DNA from: Perkinsus olseni
Taxonomy: Eukaryota
Direction: 5' to 3'
Length of the DNA stretch: 50,409 nt
NCBI GenBank assembly: GCA_013115125.1
Contig: JABANN010000229.1
Coordinates: 1 to 50,409, forward strand
Shown here: positions 24,713-36,647 of the stretch, piece by piece
Layout: each line of letters begins with the position of its first letter
Numbering within the stretch: position 1 is the first letter of the stretch
Made by a program: the position numbers and the translations under genes
The notes under the pieces: model-generated
Database searches by the model: none
What the model saw: the letters and a program-made list of their open reading frames with translations, nothing else
What the model was told of the DNA's origin: nothing

Positions 24713-24785
24713 GCCCGTCTAGCTCAGTCGGTAGAGCGCAAGGCTCTTAACCTTGTGGTCGTGGGTTCGAGCCCCACGGTGGGTG
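24713..24785 (+). tRNA. tRNA-Lys(CTT)
   Basis: GCCCGTCTAGCTCAGTCGGTAGAGCGCAAGGCTCTTAACCTTGTGGTCGTGGGTTCGAGCCCCACGGTGGGTG folds as a full cloverleaf with A and B boxes and anticodon CTT. A TTTT Pol III terminator follows at 24788-24791. Confidence 0.96.
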
Positions 24786-25015
24786 TATTTTCGTATTCCT
24801 TGCAGTAGGGGGCGGAGCTTTTGCTTCGTGGACAGCACTTGCGTTGTTCTTTGCTGGGCGCGACTCTTCGTTTTCGCGCGGCTGAGCTCATCGAGCTCGG
24901 TAATTCCAACTCGCACCGATTGATACGACTCCGTGATTGCTTAGCTGCGGTGTGATTCTATGAATATCGTTGCATCTCTGCTGAGAATAGTCATTTTAGG
25001 TATACTTCGCCGTTA

Positions 25016-25561
25016 ATGCAGGCAGCGTTACAAAAAACGTTCGATCACCTTGATAAGGACCAGTTTGATGCTGTCTCTCCTAGAGATTTGTGAGTATCAG
25101 GGCGAGCCGCTTTCTCTGGAGTGCGCAGTTTTTTGCGGTATTGCGGACCAAGATCCTACCCGGTCTTGGACCAGAGACCGAAAACTATGGTTACGAAGCA
25201 CTCGGGGCCTCCTCGCAGGTACCGGTTGGTATACGCTTTAGGCGTTTTTCGTGTGAGAGGACCTCCTTTACGTCGTGCACTGACCCGGGTTACTCCCGCT
25301 CTGCTTCACGCCTTCCGGAATGGCAAAGCTACGGATATAGGATCGGAGGGTGCTCAGTCCTCAACCTTCCCCGCTCTTGGCGACCTCATTCGATCAGGAC
25401 TTGTCCGGATAGCCTGGTGTATAGGCCGCGTAATTGGTGATGACGACGATCAATGGTGCGAGACTTCAGTGTGGAAGCAAGTACAACGACTCCTTAAGGT
25501 AGTAACCGGCAACAGTCCCTTCTTAGAAAACACAGTTCGTTCGCTGCCGTTCATTCATTAG
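25016..25561 (+). CDS. Hypothetical multi-exon protein (approximate)
   Basis: ATG...PRDL followed by a GTGAGT donor, then further coding-like exons within ORFs 25090-25440 and 25121-25561. Confidence 0.25.
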
Positions 25562-26015
25562 GGCGTAGCGAAGGAAATTCGTCTAGTCCTCGACAGCCTG
25601 GAGAACAAGGATCTACTTGTCCTCGAGGACGTCTACGGAAAGGCTGAAGCAGTAGTGCTGGGGACTTCGGCCGCGAGTGTTGATGTGGTGGCCTCAGAAC
25701 TATAAGCCCTTTTTGAAGGACGTGAGAGCTGCAAAAGCGACAATATCGTACTATGGCGCACCGCCGCCACCTAAGAGGCACATCAATGATCCAAGACGAG
25801 TCACGAGTGAAACTTTGAAATTCTGAGTGCATGAGTGAGGGTGTTTCCGCTTGACTGTTTCTCGACCGCCCGCCGAGCCAAGTTATTCGCAAGGTGGAGA
25901 TACCTCCGCATTACCGTCAGACTCGATGCCGTATCGCTGGTGCCCATCTCCTCCCATGAACCTTGAGGGTCTTGTCGTATAGTGGCTCCTCATTCGTACT
26001 AGTAGGAGTCCGTAG

Positions 26016-27620
26016 ATGTTCTTTTTCGCGTTTCTACTCTGGGGCGTCCTTGTCCGCCTCTCCGCGGCAGACGGTAGTCGAGATGCACGCTTCATGCTGT
26101 GCACAGCGGAGTGCCAGTTCAAGTGCCAGCCACCGGTGTATAGGCTGCTACAGGATGGCAGCGTGGATCCTCGGGACCTAACCAGGCATGCTGATGTGAG
26201 CAGAGGGCGCTGGTTAGACGAAGACGCTGAGAGGCGTCCATACCATAATTAGCTCAACGGGTAGAATAATCACTGAGATAGCATCGTGCTAGAGCCCTAT
26301 AGCAATTGAGTGCACCAAACCTCCACAGCTGGATACTTGGACCCACCTCTCTGTCAGTCATGCTTCGCTTCGAGTGTATGTTCGAATGATACACTATGCC
26401 TTCTTCACTTGATTTCGTGCTGTATGGCGAGCTTTGTTGCTATCAGGTTATCAGCACAGTTCGGTCGGAGCCAGGCCTATACGCCCCTCCTAATTTCTAC
26501 GATCAGCTCCATCTCGCTCTGGAGGCAGCCTTGACGGACCTCCTCAGGGGAGATAGATCCCGCCTTGTGGATGCTGACGATTCCAGAGTCGACGCATCCG
26601 GTAGGAGTCCGCCGCACTAAGTGTTGCCACTCCGAGATATAATTCCACAGGTTTTCCACTGGCAACGCCACAGCAGGACCTCGGGAAGGTGCTCCGGCTC
26701 ACAGGCTGGGGCTGCGAGGACAACTGCGGGTATCAGTGCATGCACATTAATCACAGACTTCGCGTTGAGAACGGCGAGCCTGTTGTCAAGTATGGCGGCA
26801 AATGGGCCTTCACCCGTGTTTTCGGTGAGTCCGCCGACTTGGCCATTCGCTCCGAGTTCGCCTCGATTCGTCAGGCATGCAAGAGCTGATGTCAGTGGTA
26901 TCATCCCTCCTCAACGCCCTCCCTCATGTCATCTTCTTGTATCAGTGTTACGGCTCGAAAACAGTCCCTCTCGAAGAGTACCGCTTCGGTAGAGTATGGA
27001 CACTCTACGCTTGTATCGGTATCATTGTGTGGATCGCCAGTGCCACCTTCCACACTCGGGATTGGCCGGCTACTGAGGCCTTCGACTACATGTCGGCCCT
27101 GATGGGTGTATCGACAGCATTGATGACGGGCCTCGTCTATAATTTGGCCGGCCCCAAGGGTGACAAAGCGCTCCGGGCGTGGCTTCCCGCGATACCTGTG
27201 TACCTGTTCATCATGGCTCATCAGTACTATATGCTGTTCATCGACTTCAACTATGGTTGGAATATGAAAGTTGCTTGCTCGGTCGGAGCTGTCATGGTCA
27301 TCAGCTGGTGCTACTGGGCCTTCACCCACAGACGTCGCGGCAAGTACGTCAGGTGGATCTACGTCGCCACTCTCGGTATAGCTCCTCTCTTGTATGCCTT
27401 CGAGCTCAACGATTTCCCACCATACTTCCTCGTACTGGATGCGCATGCGTGCTGGCATTTTACCACCGTGCCTCTGCAGTTCGTGTGGTACCACTTTGTC
27501 GAGGACGATTTGTTGTGGGAGATGCGCCACAGAGTGTCCGCCAAGTATGACGAGGACGCGGAGGAGGCTAAGCTAGAGGCCGGCGATGAGCGTGGATCTT
27601 CGGCACGGCGGAGGGTCTGA
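26016..27620 (+). CDS. PGAP3: Per1/PGAP3 GPI-specific phospholipase A2-like protein, multi-exon
   Basis: Signal peptide plus Cys-rich N-terminus. Conserved Per1/CREST motifs GWGCEDNCGYQCM, KYGGKWAFTRVFGMQE, SATFHTRD, FDY and DFPP...LDAHACWH. Confidence 0.92.
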
Positions 27621-27922
27621 AGCGACCTCGATAGGTCAACAATGTTCCTCGGAAGCGCTAAGCGTCCCCTGAGCGAGAAGGGACTTGCTTCCGTTGTATT
27701 ATTTGTTCAGTTCCTAGCTTTTGCATAGATCAACCTAAGATTCTTGTTGTCAATGGGAAGGTAGCTCTGAGTACCCGAATGACTAATAGAGCTCCCACTA
27801 ATCTCGGACATGTTTGGAAAGGTAGCAAGTATTACTAAGTATATATACACTTCTCACCCGCCTCATACCAGAGAAGAGGCGCACAAAAACAGTGGCCACA
27901 CAGTCCGATAGTGACCAGCTCC

Positions 27923-30900
27923 ATGAGAGGGATAGGGAGAAGGAACATGTATCATGCCCTGCTCTCCTCTGCAGTTGTCCAATCGCCGCCTCACTCGCTC
28001 GAGTGGCAGCCTCCAACGGACCCTCGTCGGTCCCCTCTACCACAGCGTCCTTAGCAGGCCTCTGGTGGGACACCTGTTGATTCAAGCCAATCATGCCCGT
28101 CCCGAGTAAGTCGACCCGCTGGCCCGCTGGTCCTCATCCTTGACTCCTACTCAGACGTCGCGTCCAAGATGTGTATGCTTGTGGTTGTGCACCTTACCTT
28201 GCAGCTTTCGGGTACCTAAAACCAACGATTTCGCATCTTACCACTGGCCGGGTCTCAGGGCAATTTCTTCCCTGTGAAGGCCCACTTCTCATCGACTCCT
28301 TCCCGGAATGCGATCCTCGGCTAGACGAGTAGTCTGGACCCATCCGGATGTGGCCGGTTGTTCATTGATCCAACCAGCCGCATTCGTCTCAACCGCTGTC
28401 ATGACTTTTGTCTCTTCGCGTCATTAGTTACTTCGCCACATGTAACGTGGTCCGTACCACAGCTGCCCTCACCGAGCGTGATGACGACCTCCCTGCAGTC
28501 GCAGTAGACTGCAAGTTCGGCGCCACCGGCAACAGTGCCGTCCACAGCATAGTCGCTGCATACCAGATATTTACCAACTCCCCCGAGGGTCAGGCCTTAC
28601 GCTGCATGCAGGTCGACGCCGACTGCTCATTTCAGGTCTTAGAAGATGCACCGAGCTGCTCTATCTCTTTCTCCGAAGCGGAGCGAACCCCAACATTCGG
28701 CGCTCGGTACGTCGCAACCCAGCCTCGCCTGAAAAATCTTTCCTGTTGTCCAGAGGGATTGTCGCGCTCCGTCTCACGACGCTGTCTTCCTCACGAGTCG
28801 GTCATCAAGTCCCACTGGGCTACACTGGGCCGCTCAGACCCTGCGTGATTGGGGGGCCCAGGCCGACACCATGGAGGACTTGGTAGGCCTCGTGTAACCC
28901 CTCAGCATTTGAATTTGATTTGCCTTCCAGAGCGGCTACACCCCCTTGGAGCTTTCACTCGCCCTTTTGGGTAGGGACCACCGCTTGACCTTCGCCCTAG
29001 CGGGTACGTCTCCCCCATTTCTCAAGTGTCGTCATCTGACCCGGTCGTAGGGTGCACCAATATCAGCTTCCCGTCGAGACCGGACCTCTCCTCTGAGTCA
29101 TCGTTGGTCCAGAAGCTCTGCCAACCGTGCCCGCCCGGTGAGAGATTGCAGCGGCAATCATCTCAGAGCATCTCGCTGTCTCATTGAAAACCCCTCTACG
29201 GACACGGCTCCTGAATCCCGCTGCTCAACAGGCACGGCGGGTACGGGAGGCAGGTGCAGGCCATGCGTCCTGGACGGGGAGGCTGCCAACTCTGGTGCGA
29301 TTCGGCCTAACCTCTGACGTCAGTTTTCTGTCGGTACGCCACTCCTCAGATCAAACGGAGTGCATCATCTGTGACTCTGCGCAGGGTCTGATCCCCAGCG
29401 ATGACCGTAGTCGGTGTATCAAGCGCCCCTTGCCAGCTTGGGTAGAGAGACACCCTTAGAGGCACCCCAATGCATCTGTTTCTTCTTCCAGGCAGTTGGT
29501 CTCATCTGGGCGTTCTCATCTCTAGCTGTGCTCGTTACCGTTATAGTGGTAGTCCGCAAGCCCTTGCGGCGCCACTGCCTTATCAAAGGGGTCAACAACA
29601 GCGAGTAGGCCTCAACCCCATCGCGGGAGCCAGTTCACCGAGTCCACCCGTCAGGCCATGGAGGTGCCGGGTGTTCGCGGCTCTCGGCGGGAAGATGACG
29701 AGTCTTCCCGAGAAAGATGCCTCCAAAATGAACTACTCCCAAGCCATCAAGAAGGAGAACTACGACTTCCTCAATCTTCTCACCAAGTGCGGAATGCTGA
29801 ACCCTGTCTGTTTGAGAAGCTTCTCTGTCCTCAGGAGTTGGCACGTCGACGCTGACAAGGTGAGTACCGACATGGGGGAGCTCCCGCTCACCACAGCCCT
29901 GCGAGTAAGGCGGCCGAGCGTTGTGAAGCTGCTGCTGAACGCCAAGGCGAATCCACTGGTGAGATCACCACCTATTGGATGGAGCGAAGAGCCCGATGCA
30001 GGCTTGCGACCCTTCGGTTGGGAAGTGCCCGCTGATGATCTCGCTAGATAGCCTCCACGACTCGAGTAAGTTGTAGGCCCTGGGTGGCCCGAAGATCTTC
30101 AGCTCTCCCACCGAACTGTTGAGACTTTACCCGAGCGATAGTCCTGCCTTTTCAGTGAGCGAGATAACCTCGGCTGCGTCGCCCTCGAGCATCGCGGAGA
30201 ATATCCTCGGCCAGGGCGGCGAGGTGGAGGATGCTCAGCAGGCAGAGTACACATGCTTCGACTCCGCCACCACAGACCTCCTATGGTCCTCTACTCAGGG
30301 TCCACAGTCTCCTGCTCATATCCATCGCTCTGATGGAGAAGTCTTGGGCATTCGGGCTCGCGCAGCACGCATTATCAAACCCTGCTAAGCTCACCGGCGG
30401 TCATGACAGCCTCCCGATGATGCTCGCTCGGGTGAGTGTCTTCCCTGCTCTTAGTGGTTGGTATAAGTCCTCCACTTCCAGTGTGGCCTAACAGCGCAGT
30501 GCCTCGAGGTCTTGTCTGTGGACACAGCCGCCCAGAGTGGTGCAGCGACCTACACGAATAAGGATGGTAGGCTGCAGTGTAATCTACCTGGGGAGATCTA
30601 TTACTCCATCGGTGCTTAGGAGAGAACCTCCTGCACGTAGCGGCCTCCGCCGTGAACTTCAGAATCTGCGACAGAGCCGTTGAACTCGGGGCTAACGTCA
30701 TAACGAAGGACGGCAGCGTAGCTCAATAACTACGGCTATACCTCCGCTGACATTCGGTCTCAGGGGCACACTGCGATCATGCGAGCTCGTACTTCGAGCT
30801 CTTCCTTCCCGACTAACCACTACCTAGCCTGCCACCTCGCCTTGCAGGCCTCAGGTAGGCCCTCGTTTCCGGGTCAGCTTGGAAGGTTCCTCATTCCTCT

Positions 30901-33362
30901 GTAGATCTGTATGCCGTCGTGGATGCAGTGGAAGGAGCCTGGCTGGCTCGTTTAACCCCTCCCTACACTAGCTCCACCACACCGATTGTGAGCACTGTCA
31001 CGGAGCACCACTGGGGTGGGCCAATCTCTGTCCCCGACCAGGTCCTTGCCGCTGTCCAATTACTCGTCACCAAGCTAACCCAAAAGCTAGAAGACGCATT
31101 AGAGAAGGAGGACGTCTCTCAATTGGAGGAGTCGATCGAGCTCGTGAAGTACAGCCGAATTCAAGTGAGTTGGGACGCTGTGGTCTACACGAGGACGCCT
31201 CTGCATCATTCAGGGCATGCCCGATGAGGCCCGGGCCATCTGCAGCATGTCGAGATTGAAGCTCCTCCGAGGCGTGAAAACGGGTAACGAGCTGGAGCTG
31301 AAGCAAGCTGTCATCAACGCTAAACAGTGAGGGTGTCTGGCTCGGTGGGCGCCTCTGAGTTTTTTCTGAGGTATAACGTCTCAGCTAAGCTGAGCGAGGA
31401 GGTCGCTGCGGCCGAAGCTGCCCTCAAAACCGTATCCGAGCAGAAGGCTGTGAGCGGCGCCATCAGAAATCTCGAGGAGGCATTGAGTTCCAGAGACCCT
31501 CGCTGTCTGTGTCATGCCGTTTTGAAGTGCGTGTTGGGTGGTTGCGGTGTGTCAACCCGACCAGCAGGTGTAGAGGTTGCCTTCCTCAAGGCAACCGCCT
31601 CCTCACGAAGGCAACTATCGTGCTCAGAGACTTGATCTGGAAGCTTCTGGAAGATGGTCGGCATCTCCTCGACCATGCTCAATAGTTCCTAAAAGATCAT
31701 CTTAGGCCTCAGCCAGAATAACGTTACTATGCTGGACGAAGCGCTGCGGCTGGCTCGTCGCTCGTCTCTTAGCGATCCACGCATCGAAGCACTGTGCAGG
31801 ACGGTTACTTCAGTGATGGGGCACACTCCGGTGAGTGAAGCCCTGTTGTGTCACTGTTGCTAATAACCGTGGCGTCTCAGACCTACGTGTTGCTGCGAAG
31901 ACTCGAAACAGCTGCCAAGGAGGATGACCCCCGAGTACCGCCGTCACTGTAGACCCGAGTGATCCTTTCTTGGGAACTTTAGATTATCTTTGAGACTCTG
32001 AGCGACGCGGTTGCCGTGGGCTTGGACCGAGCCAGCCCCTTATTCGACAGAGCCCTGGAGAGGTGCAAGTCCCGTGTTCGGGTTGGGTTGTCTCTACGCC
32101 TGCGGCAGGTATCATACAGTCCGAGAGTCACCTCGGCATTGGAAGGTCGAACTCGGTCGGCCGTATGAGCTCCAAGATGCCATTCTTAACAAAGTCGTGG
32201 TGAGCTGACTGAGGATGCGTGGAAGCAGGGCCATATCCCCATTATGCAGGTCACCACAGAGCCCAAGGTGAAGCAGTTTTTCCAGGCTCTGCTTGACGAC
32301 ACTCATAAGGTGGCTTACACCAGGGACCGGTAGGAGGCTCCGGCACGATCTCTGCGGTTTGTACCTTTCCTTTGGCAGGCGGAACGAGCGAGTGCCAGCT
32401 AGGCTGCGGCTGCAGGATGTCGTCCTCGTGCAGAATGAGAGGAGCTTCGCCAAGTATCGTAGGAAAAGGTATAAACGCCTCGGCACTGCTCTATGGTGGC
32501 AATTAGAGCACGCAGGTCCGACATTCGTGGGAAGGTTCGGGACTCGGAGCCTGGGGTCAAGCAGTTTACCGGTATAAAAACTGCAAGGTGGGAGTGATGG
32601 GGAGATTAAGAATCTCGTGGAAGAGAGAGTATTCTCAGGTGCTGGCATGGGATGCTTGGAGTCGACAAAGAGCCCCTTCAGGCTGATGTAAACGAGGTGG
32701 GTCTGCCTGTTCAATTTCGACAAACCTTTATTCTCTCTCGTCAGTTCTATCTGTTCCACGGCACGACGCCGATGGCTGCCGAAGCGATAACCTCCAGTGA
32801 CTTCAAGATGGACGCCGCCGCCGGCAGCAGCAGCAATGCAGGCGAGGCCCCCCGCCGATGCATCCTGAACTGTTCGACGTGGGGTGGATCCAGGTTCGCT
32901 CTACGGTCGAGGCATATACTTTGCTGAGTGTTGTTCTAAGAGTGACGAGTACTCGACGGTGGTAGGCTCCTGCGAGTGCTCCTCCTGCCGTATTTAATGT
33001 ATGACCTGCAGGAGGCCGAGGGTCCGAGAGCCGGGCAACGAGCACTGCTTCTCTGCAGGGTTCTCGCTGGCCGAATTTTGTGAGGGAGGGGACGCTGCTG
33101 TAAGTTACATGGATTGCTACTGGTCCGCAGGTACAGCGACGACGTGTATCCCAGAACAGGCGAGCTCGTGTCCAGCGTCGCGAGCGGAGAGTTCGACAGC
33201 GTCATCGGAGACAGAGAGAAATGCAGGAACACCTTCAGAGTGATCTCTCAGTCGATTACAACACCCAACACCCATCGCGGCCGTCCTCAGGAGTTCATCG
33301 TCTACGACGAAGACCAGGTCTACCCTGAGTTCGTCATTTGGTACACACAGGAGTTCAGCTGA
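27923..33362 (+). CDS. Single-pass membrane protein with Cys-rich ectodomain, ankyrin repeats and C-terminal PARP catalytic domain (many exons; 5' end approximate)
   Basis: Cys-rich exons (CQPCPPG, CRPCVLDGEAANSDQTECIIC), then TM AVGLIWAFSSLAVLVTVIVVV followed by RKPLRR. Ankyrin exons GELPLTTALRVRRPSVVKLLLNAKANP and GENLLHVAASAVNFRICDRAVELGANV. PARP motifs NEFYLFHGT, LYGRGIYFAECCSKSDEY, LLLCRVLAG and FREFIVYDEDQVYPEFVIWY. Confidence 0.8.
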
Positions 33363-34125
33363 GTACCCTCCGGAGCCCAACGCTCCGTACATTTACTCGC
33401 ATGTTTTCATGTAAATGCAGACGCTGGACATGTCAAGACGATGTTCATTGTGGGTTTGGTTCAATAGTGCAGTGGCTGCTGAGCAGAAGGCGATTCGAAG
33501 GCACCGATCCAGCGAGCTTGGAAACCATTCCAGAAGACAAGAGTGCCGGGCCTTCGGTTTGAACCCGGGACCTCCCGCATGAAAGCGTTGATTTTATCGC
33601 GCGACATCGTGATCGAATGCCACAACAGTACAACTCACCGAGGCACTTCCGGGGAGTGAAGCTAGTAAAGTGGAAACGTTTGACTCGCGCCATTTAGTTC
33701 TTCCAATGCAAATACTCCTGAAGTGGTGTCCTGTGCTTAGAGTGATGTAGGTTGCAGCGGGCTGCTCTGTTCAGCTCAGTGCGGTGAAATTGCGATCAGA
33801 ATTTTACATATGCTGTGGATGGATCCTCCTCTTTCTGCGTATGCATGCTGTCGGTAAACCCACCGATGGATAGAGTCCTAGGGAGTACTTATCGGACATG
33901 TTCGTGAGGCTTGCTAGCACCAGCCCCTTGCGGAGAGGGCGAATCGTAGCGATGATTTCGGGTCTTACTCAAGTAGTCATCGACTGGAGACTCTGGCTAA
34001 GAGTGAATCTGATTTAGTCCGGACTCCCGGCTATCGTTCGAAATCCGTTAACCGACCTGGTTTCAGTCGAGTGAAAAGCTGAGTTAAATCCTCCCATCAC
34101 TAGTAGTTGCCTTGCCTCCATCATC

Positions 34126-35937
34126 ATGCTGTATGAGATAATGGCGAAGTGCCCGTTCGGGTTCACTTCGGGGACTCCGCCCCCCTGGGTCCACATTCCA
34201 GGGAGTACCCCGGCCCCCGGAGATCCGAGCGCTCCAACGAGTGCGCCCGGCGGTGCCGAGTCGGACAAGGAGAAACTGATGCAGCAGTGCGTTGTTCCCC
34301 CTGAGAATCCTGACTGGGCGGGATGGGCCCAGTGGGCTTTCCCCTTCTTCTGTGGTCTCGCCATTGTGATCATGATCGTGGCAGTGAGGCTAAGACGATA
34401 CATGCCCAACTGGCTGCAGCGGCCCTGTAATCGTGTCTTTGCCAGCCGCGCGAACGCCGTCAGTTTTGCGGTGCTCATATTATCACTTGCTGTTGCTGCG
34501 ATTATCCAGCTTGCCACTTACAACGTTCCAGAAGGAACAAAGCGGGCCAGTGTAATCTTCGCTCGGATATCAACTTGGTCCATCGCCGGTTGTTTCCTCC
34601 TGTCTATCCGCCCGGTCGCCCGGCTTTTCAAGGTCGGGTTCGAGCGACTCACTATTCTCCATGCGTTGCTCGGCATCAACGCCCTCGTCTTCGGTATAAT
34701 GCATCTCATTATGATCGCCCCTCGAGTGTCTGTCCAGTGTGCCCTCATTCTGGGTGGTAGCGAAGCCGTGGTTGCCGGTATACTCTTTTTGATAACCTTC
34801 GTATGCGCCTTCATCTACAAGTTCATCCCGCATGGTTATCGAGTGTTCCGCTGGTCCCATTGGTTGGTCTACATCGCAACCCTCGTGCTCTTCTTCCACA
34901 CTCTCCAGCATGAGCTTGTACAGTCACAGTTCTACGATTCTGCTGCACCCTACGTCACTTCGGGTGTCCTCTTCGTAGTGTGGATTGCCAGCATCATCGA
35001 GAGAGTTATTGAACTCATTGAGACCATTGTGCAGGCCGTCTCCACCAAGTCCAAGAAGCACTTCGACGAGCACCCCGACGCGTCCGGCAGTGCCTTTTGC
35101 TCTAAGGTGGAGTCCATCACGCCTTTGACTGATGGCGACGACAAGGGGGAAGCGGCAGCCTGCGAGATCGTGCTCAGGTCGCATGTGAAGCCGAAGCCGG
35201 GACAGTGGGTTTCGGTGACCTTCCCCGGGAAGGACTGTGTGGCTCACGCGTTCTCCCCTCTCCCGAACCCGAAGGAGGAGAATACGATGAAGTTGCTTGT
35301 GTCTTGTGATGGTTACATGACTAAGAAGTTCGTGGCCGCTGACTTCGAGAGGTTCATCAACTCACGTGTTTATGTACAAGGACCGTATGGTGCTTCGGAC
35401 CTGCCGAAGCAAATGGCAGGACCTGACGACTACACCGTGATGATCGCTGGTGGCACGGGAATCACGCCAATTGCCTCGGTCATTGCTTCACTACCGGCTG
35501 AGCAGAAGGAGAAGGTGTCTCTTCTTTGGGCCTTCAGGAGTTCAGGAGAGTTCGTGTCCGTCCATCAGCTACTAGCTGGGGTTGGGCACCGTAATCTTAT
35601 GTACTCTGGCAAGGATGAGGTCATGCGTCGAGCCACTGCGGATTTGGAAGCATGCGAGTGTCCAGCTCATTACGGTCATATGACTGTTGGCGGAGAAGCT
35701 TTGAAGGATACTCGTCCCAGTCATTTCGCTCATCACGGAAACAAGGAGATCGCAGACTTTGTGGACAAGGCCATTGAAAAGGCGGATGAGAGTAACGCGA
35801 AAAGGATTAACTTCTACATGTGTGGACCTTCATGCATGATCAATCTGACGGTCGAGGCCGTTCGAGCTGCTGAAATACCCGAGGGCCTCGAACTTGGCGT
35901 TGTCAAACGCGAGTCCTTCGGCATGATGCCATGGTAA
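34126..35937 (+). CDS. Ferric reductase / NADPH oxidase-family flavocytochrome
   Basis: Intronless 603-aa ORF. TM domain with heme His pairs (LHALLG...MH; WSHW...FH), FAD-binding PGQWV/HAFS, GPYG, NAD(P)H-binding MIAGGTGITP, MCGP and terminal ESF. Confidence 0.92.
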   Translation: MLYEIMAKCPFGFTSGTPPPWVHIPGSTPAPGDPSAPTSAPGGAESDKEKLMQQCVVPPENPDWAGWAQWAFPFFCGLAIVIMIVAVRLRRYMPNWLQRPCNRVFASRANAVSFAVLILSLAVAAIIQLATYNVPEGTKRASVIFARISTWSIAGCFLLSIRPVARLFKVGFERLTILHALLGINALVFGIMHLIMIAPRVSVQCALILGGSEAVVAGILFLITFVCAFIYKFIPHGYRVFRWSHWLVYIATLVLFFHTLQHELVQSQFYDSAAPYVTSGVLFVVWIASIIERVIELIETIVQAVSTKSKKHFDEHPDASGSAFCSKVESITPLTDGDDKGEAAACEIVLRSHVKPKPGQWVSVTFPGKDCVAHAFSPLPNPKEENTMKLLVSCDGYMTKKFVAADFERFINSRVYVQGPYGASDLPKQMAGPDDYTVMIAGGTGITPIASVIASLPAEQKEKVSLLWAFRSSGEFVSVHQLLAGVGHRNLMYSGKDEVMRRATADLEACECPAHYGHMTVGGEALKDTRPSHFAHHGNKEIADFVDKAIEKADESNAKRINFYMCGPSCMINLTVEAVRAAEIPEGLELGVVKRESFGMMPW

Positions 35938-36647
35938 ATGCATCCCTTCCTCAATATTTGTTGTTCCTTTTCTGTTTTATTCGTGGACAGAATCGCCGTC
36001 TGTCCAACCCCGGACGGTGGCTATTCGACGTCCCGTGTCCTTCGGGCCAGATTTATGTCGAGCAGTAAGGTTCTCATTCACCTCTGTTTGTGGTATTGAG
36101 CATCCAGCTCATAGACTGTACTTCGAGGTTAGTAATCCCTCTTTTCGCGGTACCTCACTGATCACTAGTAACATTTGTAATTCGTAGTATATAGTAGGGT
36201 GTTCTTCTGTGCAGTTATCTGTCAGTTCCCGTCCTCGTGAGATTAGACTAGTGCTCCTAGATGGCTCATTTCCATCTGCTTCCACGGTGCCCAGCGTCGC
36301 GATCCATGGACGGCACTTGGACAGTTTTATGATGGGCTTGTGACAGCAGCGTTTTGCTGCTTGCCGCGTGAACTCTGAGAGTCAAGTTTAAGTTTCTCTG
36401 GGAGCCTCACAGACTAATGATGTTGTGTTGAGTGTGTTGATGTTGTGGTACGTGCAGAGATTTGATATTCCTTTCGTGAAGCGGTACTACTTGATTAAGA
36501 ATTAATTCTAGCATTTCACCCGCTCAACGCAAGTCAGGATTGAAGATGCTAGTAATCCATCTACTGCTACTACTGTGTGCTGAACGGCTAAATGAAAAAA
36601 TTGTGTTGAACAGCTAAAGGAAAAATTGGCTCTTTTCAAATTATCTA

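Noticed and set aside
24719-24916. Minus-strand ORFs over the tRNA
   Set aside because: They are the antisense translation of tRNA-Lys.
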